DNA from: an uncultured Acidobacteriota bacterium | GTDB lineage: Bacteria; Acidobacteriota; Thermoanaerobaculia; UBA5066; Gp7-AA6 | NCBI GenBank assembly: GCA_963815655.1 | Contig: CAWFHK010000001.1 | Coordinates: forward strand, 3,930,664 to 3,994,663 | Length of the DNA: 64,000 bases | Direction: 5' to 3' | Shown here: in pieces, positions 57,483 to 64,000 of the stretch | Numbering within the stretch: position 1 is the first letter of the stretch | How the letters are laid out: each line of letters starts with the position of its first letter | Notes under the pieces: model-generated | The model's input: only the letters and a program-made list of their open reading frames with translations | Told to the model about the DNA's origin: nothing | Databases searched by the model: none | Program-made: the position numbers and the translations under genes

Positions 57483-58183
57483 GCCCGCGCCGCCTCATCG
57501 ATCTCTCGTATCCGATCGAGCCCGGGATGACGACCTACCCGGGACTCCCCGCTCCGGTGGTCTCGGAATTTCTCTCGCGCGAGGCCTCGCGCGGGAAGTA
57601 CGCGCCCGGAACGGCCTTCTCGATCGCGCGGATCGAGATGGTGGCGAACACCGGGACATACGTGGACGCGCCGTTCCACCGGTTCGCCGAAGGCCTCGAC
57701 GTGGGAAGCCTGCCGCTCGAGCGCCTGGCGGACCTGGACGGCGTCGTCGTCGATCTGCTCCCTCTCCCGGCGGGAGAGGGCGGGGGTGAGGGGCGGCGCC
57801 GCGCGTTCGACGCCGGGCTCCTGGCGGGACGGGACCTGGAAGGCAAGGCGGTCCTGCTGCGCTCCGGTTGGGACGTTCACTGGCGGACGCCGGCGTACTC
57901 CCGGGGCCACCCGTACGTCACCCGCCGGGCCGCCGAGGCCCTCGCGGCGGCGCGGCCGGCCCTGGTCGGGATCGACTCGCTGAACATCGACGACACGGAG
58001 GACGGGACGCGGCCGGCGCACACTCTCCTCCTCGAGGCCGGCATCCCGATCGCCGAGCATCTCTGCAACCTCGCGGACCTGCCGCTCGAAGGATTCCGTT
58101 TTCACTGCGCTCCGGCGCCGTTTCACGGCGTCGGCAGCTTCCCCGTCCGCGCCTATGCGGTGGTCGAATCGGGCGCCCGATGA
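57479..58183 (+). CDS. cyclase-family protein (kynurenine formamidase-like)
   Basis: Metal-binding HxGTHxDAPxH-like motif (NTGTYVDAPFH). TTG start overlapping the previous stop (TTGA); an ATG further in is also possible. Confidence 0.65.
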   Translation: MSPRRLIDLSYPIEPGMTTYPGLPAPVVSEFLSREASRGKYAPGTAFSIARIEMVANTGTYVDAPFHRFAEGLDVGSLPLERLADLDGVVVDLLPLPAGEGGGEGRRRAFDAGLLAGRDLEGKAVLLRSGWDVHWRTPAYSRGHPYVTRRAAEALAAARPALVGIDSLNIDDTEDGTRPAHTLLLEAGIPIAEHLCNLADLPLEGFRFHCAPAPFHGVGSFPVRAYAVVESGAR

Positions 58184-58617
58184 CCTCGATGAGGCTCCTC
58201 GTCCTCTCCGTCGTGGTCATCGTCGCGTCCAACGTGCTCTACCACGTCTCGCAGAAGTCCATCCCGGCCGGCGTGCACCCCCTGCTCTCGGTCGCCGTGA
58301 CCTACGCGGTGGCCCTCCTGGTCACGCTCGCCCTGTGGCCACTTTCTCCCGGCGGGGCTCCGAAGCTCTCGGGGCTCGCGCAGCTGAACTGGGCCACGCT
58401 CGGCGTCGCGGTCTCGGCCGTCGGGATCGAGATCGGGTTTCTCCTCGCCTACCGCGCCGGCTGGAACATCAACATCGGCTCGATGATCGTCAGCGTCGCC
58501 GTCGCGCTGCTGCTCATCCCGACGGGAGCGCTCCTCTTCCACGAGCGGCTGTCGGCGGCGAACGTCGCCGGGATCGTGCTGTGCCTGGCGGGGCTCGTGC
58601 TCGTGATGCTGCGCTGA
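58180..58617 (+). CDS. small 4-TM membrane protein (DMT/EamA-like half-transporter)
   Basis: 145 aa with four hydrophobic helices. The ATG overlaps the cyclase stop (ATGA). Confidence 0.55.
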   Translation: MTSMRLLVLSVVVIVASNVLYHVSQKSIPAGVHPLLSVAVTYAVALLVTLALWPLSPGGAPKLSGLAQLNWATLGVAVSAVGIEIGFLLAYRAGWNINIGSMIVSVAVALLLIPTGALLFHERLSAANVAGIVLCLAGLVLVMLR

Positions 58618-58684
58618 CGAGCCGCCGGCGATCAGGCGGCGGCGATCCGGGTCGAACGGGAAGAAGCGAGAGCCGGGAGCTCTC

Positions 58685-59188
58685 TCAGAGGCACTTGAAG
58701 ACGCGCCCGGCGACTCCGAGAGTCAGCTCGAACGGGCCGAAGGATTGCCCGGTGTCCGTCTCCGTCACGGTGAAGCTCATCGTCTTTCCCGACACCGTGC
58801 CCGTGTAGCGCGCGGGATGCGTGACGGGGTCCCCTTCGTGGACCGGCCCGGGGGTCTCGGGGATGTGGGTGCCCACGAGATCGAATTTCCCGTTCGCGTC
58901 CGTGACGAACGGCTGATCGATCGTCCCGTGCGCGCAGGAGTAGGAGAGGATGGCGCTCGCGGCGCCGACCGTGATCGTCAGGTTCTGGCCTCCCCACGTC
59001 CCGATCATGCCGTCGACGGAGACCTCCCGCGCCGGAAGAGAACGGGGAGCCGGCCGGCCGGCGGAAGAAACCGCCTGCGGCGAGGCGGAGCCGCTCTCCA
59101 TCGAAACCGGCTGCGTGGGGGAGGAGTCGCTGCAGGCGAGGGGAAGCGCCAGGACCGTGAGCAGAGCGAAGAACCTGCGAAAACCCAT
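58685..59188 (-). CDS. hypothetical lipoprotein
   Basis: Lipobox (LALPLAC). Ser-rich linker. Start at the internal ATG 59188. Confidence 0.5.
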   Translation of the reverse strand: MGFRRFFALLTVLALPLACSDSSPTQPVSMESGSASPQAVSSAGRPAPRSLPAREVSVDGMIGTWGGQNLTITVGAASAILSYSCAHGTIDQPFVTDANGKFDLVGTHIPETPGPVHEGDPVTHPARYTGTVSGKTMSFTVTETDTGQSFGPFELTLGVAGRVFKCL

Positions 59189-59332
59189 AACACGCTCCGA
59201 GAATCGGAATCCTAACACACGGGGAACGGCCCCCGTCAACGCGCAATCCGCATACAATCGCCTCGGTCTTCAACGGCCCGGGGCGAGGTCAACCATTCGC
59301 TGAACATTCCTATTCCCGCAACTGCAAACCGG

Positions 59333-60601
59333 ATGCCCAGAGCCATCCTCGCCTCGATTGCCGCTCTCCTCCTCGCGGTGGCCGCCCGCGTCCGGCTCCC
59401 GGAGGAGCCCGGGGGCCTTCCGGCGGCGCCCGACATCGCGCTCGTCCCGCTCGCATCCGGGATCGGGCCGATCACGGCGATCGCGAACGCGGGGGACGCG
59501 CGCCTTTTCCTGACCGTGCAGACGGGGGAAGTGCTGATCTTCAGCGGCGGGCAGGTCCAGCCGGCGGCGTTTCTCGACCTGTCGCCGCTCGTCTCCTGCT
59601 GCGGCGAGCGCGGCCTCCTCGGCCTCGCGTTCCATCCGCATTACGCCGCAAATCGCTTCCTCTTCGTCGACTACACCGACGCCGCCGGCAATACGGTCAT
59701 CGCGCGCTATCAGGCCTTCGCGGGAAACGCCGACCAGGCCGATCCGGCGAGCGGCGTCGTCCTCCTGACGATCCCGCAGCCCTTCAGCAACCACAACGGA
59801 GGCCAGCTCCAGTTCGGGCCGGACGGCGACCTCTACATCGGCACCGGGGACGGCGGCTCGGCCAACGACCCGATGTGCAACGGCCAGCGGCAGGACACGC
59901 TGCTCGGCAAGCTCCTGAGGATCGACGTGGACCAGAACGCGGGAACGGCTCCCTTCTTCGGCATTCCGCCCTCCAACCCGTTCGCGGCGGCCGGTCCTCC
60001 CGCCGACAGGATCTGGGCCCTGGGACTGCGCAACCCCTGGCGTTTCTCCTTCGACCGCGCGACCGGAGACCTCTTCGTCGCCGATGTCGGGCAAAGCGCC
60101 CGCGAGGAGATTGACTTTCAGCCGCGCGCGAGCGCCGGAGGCGAGAACTACGGCTGGAAGATCATGGAAGGAACGCTCTGCGGGGCGGGCGGCAGCTCCG
60201 GATGCCCCGCCGGTCTCCCCGCGTGCCACTCCCCGACCTTCAAGGCGCCTCTCTACGAGTACGGCCACGAAGGGAGCGGCGGCTGCACCGGCACGGTCAT
60301 CGGAGGGTACGTCTATCGCGGCGCGGCCTATCCGGCGCTCGACGGCGTTTACTTCTACGGCGACTACTGTTTCGGCCGGCTCTTCGGGAACGGCCAGGTG
60401 CTGACACCCGCCGCGCCGCAGTTGACGACCTTCGGCGAGGATGCCGCGGGAGAGATCTACCTCGGCACGGAAGACGGGAGGCTCTCCCGGATCGCGTCCG
60501 CAGTCGTCGCGACGCCGACCCCGATTCCTCCGCGCCTGTCGCCCGACCGGTCTCTTCCCCCGAGGCCGCCGCCCCGCGTCCTCACGCGCCCGCCGGATTG
60601 A
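59333..60601 (+). CDS. PQQ-dependent soluble sugar (glucose/sorbosone) dehydrogenase, beta-propeller
   Basis: Signal peptide. Conserved sGDH-family blocks (...GLAFHP..., ...NHNGGQLQFGPDG.LYIGTGDGG..., ...RNPWRFSFD...GDLFVADVGQ...). Confidence 0.75.
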   Translation: MPRAILASIAALLLAVAARVRLPEEPGGLPAAPDIALVPLASGIGPITAIANAGDARLFLTVQTGEVLIFSGGQVQPAAFLDLSPLVSCCGERGLLGLAFHPHYAANRFLFVDYTDAAGNTVIARYQAFAGNADQADPASGVVLLTIPQPFSNHNGGQLQFGPDGDLYIGTGDGGSANDPMCNGQRQDTLLGKLLRIDVDQNAGTAPFFGIPPSNPFAAAGPPADRIWALGLRNPWRFSFDRATGDLFVADVGQSAREEIDFQPRASAGGENYGWKIMEGTLCGAGGSSGCPAGLPACHSPTFKAPLYEYGHEGSGGCTGTVIGGYVYRGAAYPALDGVYFYGDYCFGRLFGNGQVLTPAAPQLTTFGEDAAGEIYLGTEDGRLSRIASAVVATPTPIPPRLSPDRSLPPRPPPRVLTRPPD

Positions 60602-60610
60602 TGTCCCGGC

Positions 60611-62293
60611 TCATTGCTGCGCCGCCCGCCGTCCCCAGGAGAGAAACGCGGCGGCGGAGAGCGCGGCGAGGAGCACCCCGTACGCCGCGGCGGCGCCGGT
60701 GTCCTGCATCCGCAGCGAGGAGAGGATCTCGATGGAAATCGGCCGCGTGTCGAAGGTGTAGAGGACGATCGAGACGACGAAATCGCCGAGAGACGTCAGG
60801 AACGCGAGAGACGCCCCGGCGAGAAGGGCCGGCGCGAGGAGCGGAACCGTGATCCGGGCCAGGCGCCTCCAGGGCGGGGCGCCGAGGGAGGCGCCTGCCT
60901 CATCCAGGGACCGGTCGAGCTGCCGCAGGCCGGCGAAGGCCGCCCGCCCGGTCAGCGGCAGGTTCCTCACGAGATAGCCGAGAGGCAGGATCGCCGCCGT
61001 GCCGACGAGCACGAAGCGCCCCGCCCAGGGAGCGTGCCGGGAGAAGGTCGCCGCCAGGGCCACGGCGAAGACGGTCCCCGGAAGCGCCCACGGCACCGAG
61101 ACGAGCGACTCGAGCGCTCCGCGCCAGCGCGTCCGCCTGGCGACGGCGAGCCACGCCGCGAAAAACCCGAGGAGAAGCGCGCCCGCGGTCGAGACGACGG
61201 CCATCCAGAGGGAGTTCACGATCGGCCGCAGGCGTTCCGTCTGCGAGAAGACCGAGGCCCAGTTGGAGAAGTTCAGGACGGGCGGCCACGGCTCGATCGT
61301 CCACGTCCCGGGGGGCACGAACGAGACGAGGAGAAGCGTGGCGTGCGGAAGCAGGAGGAAGAGGGCCAGCAGCCACGCCAGCACGGCCACGAGCGCCCCG
61401 CGCCGCAGCCGGCGCCGCGAAGGCGGCGTGCCGCGGATCGCACCGGCCACCTCCCGGCGTTTCTCCGCCCGCTGCAGGAAAAAGAGTCCGAGCAGGGCGA
61501 CAGCCGCGAGCGTCGTCGTCTCGACCATCGCCATCTCGTTGTCGCCGTTCAATCGCGAGAAAACGATCTGCGTCGTCATGACGCGGAACGTCCCGCCGAA
61601 GAGATACGGCGCCGAGAAGGACGAGAGCGACGTCATGAAGGTCAGGAGCGCTCCGCCGGCGAGCGCGGGCGCCAGAAGCGGCAGCGTCACCCGGGCCAGG
61701 ATGCGCCCGGGCCCCGCTCCCAGGGCCGCGGCCGCCTCCAGGTACGCGGCATCCAGACGAGCCAGCCCGGCCCGCGTGAAGAGATAGAAATAGACGTACA
61801 TCGAATAGGCGTGGACGAGCAGGACGGCTCCGGGGCCGGAGAGACGCCAGGGCGGCTCTCTGGATCCCGTCACGGCCTGGACGGCCCGCGCGAAAAACCC
61901 GCTCTCTCCGTAGAGGAAGAGAAACGCGACGACGCCGACGAGCGGAGGCAGGACGACCGGCAGCGCGATCAGCGTCCCGAGCGCGCGCCGCCCCGGGAAG
62001 TCCGCCCGCTCGAAGAGGAACGCCAGCGGAATGCCGATCGCCGCCGAGAGCGCGACCGTCGCGAGCGAGATCCAGAGAGTCGCCCAGAGCGCCTGCCACT
62101 CGTCGGGCCGGCGAAAGAACTCGGCGAAGTAGCGCAGGCTCCACCCCGGCGCCGCGAGCGCCTCCCGAAACGTCAGCAGGAGCGGATAGCAGACGAGCCA
62201 CGCCAGGAGCAGCGTCAGGATCGCGGCCGGTATTCTTCCCTCTCCCGGCGGGAGAGGGGCAGGGTGAGGGGCGCCCCTGCGCCGTCCGATCAA
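60611..62293 (-). CDS. ABC transporter permease, duplicated-domain iron(III)/thiamine type (FbpB/ThiP-like)
   Basis: 12 TM helices with two BPD-transporter EAA-like loops. Start tentatively TTG overlapping the ATPase stop (TTGA). Confidence 0.7.
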   Translation of the reverse strand: MIGRRRGAPHPAPLPPGEGRIPAAILTLLLAWLVCYPLLLTFREALAAPGWSLRYFAEFFRRPDEWQALWATLWISLATVALSAAIGIPLAFLFERADFPGRRALGTLIALPVVLPPLVGVVAFLFLYGESGFFARAVQAVTGSREPPWRLSGPGAVLLVHAYSMYVYFYLFTRAGLARLDAAYLEAAAALGAGPGRILARVTLPLLAPALAGGALLTFMTSLSSFSAPYLFGGTFRVMTTQIVFSRLNGDNEMAMVETTTLAAVALLGLFFLQRAEKRREVAGAIRGTPPSRRRLRRGALVAVLAWLLALFLLLPHATLLLVSFVPPGTWTIEPWPPVLNFSNWASVFSQTERLRPIVNSLWMAVVSTAGALLLGFFAAWLAVARRTRWRGALESLVSVPWALPGTVFAVALAATFSRHAPWAGRFVLVGTAAILPLGYLVRNLPLTGRAAFAGLRQLDRSLDEAGASLGAPPWRRLARITVPLLAPALLAGASLAFLTSLGDFVVSIVLYTFDTRPISIEILSSLRMQDTGAAAAYGVLLAALSAAAFLSWGRRAAQQ

Positions 62294-63381
62294 CTTCTTT
62301 CCCTCGAAAAAACTCGGGCCGGCTGCCCCGCCGGGTCCGGCGCCACGAACACCTTCTCCCCGGGACGCGATGCCTCCGGCGCCGCCAGCACCTCGACGCT
62401 CTCTCCGGCGTCGAGCGCTACGTCGAAGGACGCCGTGCGGCCCGCGTACCGGCGCCCTGTCACCTCCCCGGCGAGTGCGTCCGGCCCCGGAGCGCCGACG
62501 ATCCTCAGTCCTTCCGGCCGGACCACGAGATCCACCGCCGCGCCGTCCGGCAGGCCCTCGCCCCCGGCGGCGCGCCACACCGGCCCCGCCGCCAGCCGGA
62601 CACTTCCCGCCGCCCAGGTGCCGGCGAGAACGCTCGAGCGCCCGATGAATGTCGCGACGAATCGGCTCGCGGGCTCCTCGTAGAGCGCCTCCGGCGGGCC
62701 GACCTGCTCGAGCCTCCCCGAGTTGATGACCGCCACCCGGTCGCCGAGGTCGAAGGCTTCCTCCTGCTCGTGCGTGACGAAGAGCGTCGTGATCCCGACG
62801 CGCCGGATGATGCGCTTCAGCTCTCGCCGCGTCCGCTCGCGCAGGGTCGGATCGAGGTTGGAGAGCGGCTCGTCGAGCAGAAGGACGCGCGGCTGCGGCG
62901 CGAGCGCGCGCGCCACCGCGACGCGCTGCTGCTGGCCGCCGGAGATCTCACCGATGCGCCGCCGCTCGAACCCGGCCAGCTCCACGGCGGCGAGCGCCTC
63001 GGCGACGCGGCGCTCGACGTCCGCCCGCGGCATCCGCCGCGCCTCCAGGCCGAAGGCGACGTTCTCTCCGACGCTCATGTGCGGAAAGAGCGCGTAGTGC
63101 TGAAAGACCATCCCGAACCGCCGCTTCTCCGGGGGGAGCCGCGTCACGTCCTCGTCCTCGACGCGCACGCTGCCGGAGTCGGGAGTCTCGAACCCCGCGA
63201 CGAGTCTCAACACTGTCGTTTTGCCGCTCCCGGACGGCCCGAGCAGCGCCACGATCTCGCTGCGGCCGACCGCAAGGGAGAAATCGGCCGTCACGTGCAG
63301 TTGGCCGAAATGCTTGTCGAGCCGATCGAGAACCAGAAATTGCGAATTGTGAGTTGTGAGTTGTGAATGGGGCGGAATCAT
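62290..63381 (-). CDS. ABC transporter ATP-binding protein (Fe3+/polyamine importer type, FbpC/PotA-like)
   Basis: Walker A GPSGSGKTT, signature LSGGQQQRVAVARAL, Walker B LLLDEP, and a C-terminal TOBE-like domain. Confidence 0.85.
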   Translation of the reverse strand: MIPPHSQLTTHNSQFLVLDRLDKHFGQLHVTADFSLAVGRSEIVALLGPSGSGKTTVLRLVAGFETPDSGSVRVEDEDVTRLPPEKRRFGMVFQHYALFPHMSVGENVAFGLEARRMPRADVERRVAEALAAVELAGFERRRIGEISGGQQQRVAVARALAPQPRVLLLDEPLSNLDPTLRERTRRELKRIIRRVGITTLFVTHEQEEAFDLGDRVAVINSGRLEQVGPPEALYEEPASRFVATFIGRSSVLAGTWAAGSVRLAAGPVWRAAGGEGLPDGAAVDLVVRPEGLRIVGAPGPDALAGEVTGRRYAGRTASFDVALDAGESVEVLAAPEASRPGEKVFVAPDPAGQPARVFSRERS

Positions 63382-63482
63382 CGGGTCTCTTGCCTATCTC
63401 AAGTTCATCAGTCCGGAGCCGCGAGTTGGAGAGCGGCGGGCTGGCTTTTTCGCTTGTTCACAATTCACAATTCGCAATTCAC
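63331..63482. repeat. inverted repeat pair AATTGCGAATTGTG ... CACAATTCGCAATT with flanking CACAACT/CACAATT heptad tandems, bracketing the importer-operon start
   Basis: 14-bp perfect inverted repeats at 63331-63344 and 63460-63473, about 115 bp apart. Each is embedded in 3-4 heptad tandem copies. Confidence 0.7.
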
Positions 63483-64000
63483 GATTTCCCTTTTCCTCTC
63501 ACTTCCCGGTCCCACTTCGCCATCCAGGCCTGGCTTTCCCGCTCGAGCAGGTCCCAGTCCATCTTCGCCGGAGTCATCTTCTTTTCGACGTCGCGCGCCC
63601 AGTCGGGAAGGTCTCCGGCGGGGAGGTCCGTGCGCGCGGGAAGACGGTAGGCGTTCCGCGCGGCCAGCAGCTGCGCCTCGGGGCTCCCGATCCAATCGAT
63701 GAGATCCCGCGCCTCCTTCGGGTGCTTCGCGCCGGCGACGAGCCCGACGGCGTCGTCGATGACCGGCGTGCCGCTCGCGGGGAAGACATACGCGAGGTCC
63801 TTGCTGCGCCGCATCTCCAGGAGAACGTCGGGCAGGTCCCAGACCGTCACGAGTCCCTCGCGCCGCGAGATCTTCTCGACGAGAACCGAGGCGTTCATGA
63901 CGTATTCCTTCGTCTGGGCGTCCAGGCGCAGGAGCCACTGGAACCCCCGGTCGGTTGAGCCCGTCTCCGCGAGCGACCGCTCGAGCACCATCCCGAAGAT
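63479..64000 (-). CDS. extracellular solute-binding protein of iron(III)-type ABC importer, C-terminal part (continues beyond window)
   Basis: Periplasmic-binding-protein-like composition. First gene of the SBP-ATPase-permease operon. Confidence 0.65.
   Translation of the reverse strand: MFGMVLERSLAETGSTDRGFQWLLRLDAQTKEYVMNASVLVEKISRREGLVTVWDLPDVLLEMRRSKDLAYVFPASGTPVIDDAVGLVAGAKHPKEARDLIDWIGSPEAQLLAARNAYRLPARTDLPAGDLPDWARDVEKKMTPAKMDWDLLERESQAWMAKWDREVRGKGKS

Noticed and set aside
63382-63478. Rho-independent terminator in the + orientation (GCCGC...GCGGC followed by GGCTTTTT) between the binding-protein and ATPase genes.
   Set aside because: Its orientation is wrong for the minus-strand operon, and the stem is short. 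More likely part of the inverted-repeat operator region.

Overview
This is a 64 kb, about 70% GC bacterial chromosomal window. Most long ORFs in the six-frame track are antisense or GC-driven artefacts, and I resolve about 55 plausible genes.

The most interesting part is a minus-strand lipid supercluster (about 27.9-49.6 kb) ending next to a macA / FtsX-permease / tolC efflux module (24.2-27.9 kb). It holds a hopanoid core: shc (with an apparent homopolymer frameshift), hpnH, hpnA, hpnG and a squalene/phytoene-synthase homolog. A divergent B12-binding radical-SAM enzyme, a candidate hopanoid C-methylase, sits opposite. The core is joined to dxs-ispH and a tightly overlapping run of genes: HpnL-like flippase-like protein, HAD phosphatase, NDP-sugar-type nucleotidyltransferase, ATP-grasp ligase, class-III (HpnO-like) aminotransferase, Gfo/Idh/MocA oxidoreductase, CDP-alcohol phosphatidyltransferase and myo-inositol-1-phosphate synthase. 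This reads like an undescribed inositol/aminocyclitol-phosphate head-group module attached to hopanoid or isoprenoid lipid synthesis.

Other content:
- a 697-aa protein with a C-terminal GreA/GreB domain, followed by a ChaN-PDZ protein
- PlsC acyltransferase, YceI, a neprosin-like lipoprotein and a PLP dehydratase
- an HhH-GPD DNA glycosylase
- a 1079-aa BNR/Asp-box tandem beta-propeller protein
- a 1235-aa Ser/Thr kinase with TPR repeats
- a GT4 glycosyltransferase
- an IPTL-CTERM protein with a Thr-Pro repeat region, next to a dockerin-bearing secreted protein
- metH
- a VKOR-DsbA fusion
- an Lrp/AsnC regulator with EamA, DinB and cyclase genes
- a PQQ-type sugar dehydrogenase
- an Fe3+-type ABC importer (ATPase, permease, partial binding protein)

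Non-coding structure:
- one hairpin-forming repeat family at three loci (9.0-9.4 kb, 46.3-46.5 kb, 53.2-53.4 kb), including a 27-bp tandem array
- GGGACTCG octamer arrays immediately upstream of two start codons
- ATCAC-type short tandem or inverted repeats between convergent genes
- an AT-rich palindromic operator in front of the Lrp gene
- frequent 4-bp start/stop overlaps (ATGA, GTGA, TTGA) chaining the operons
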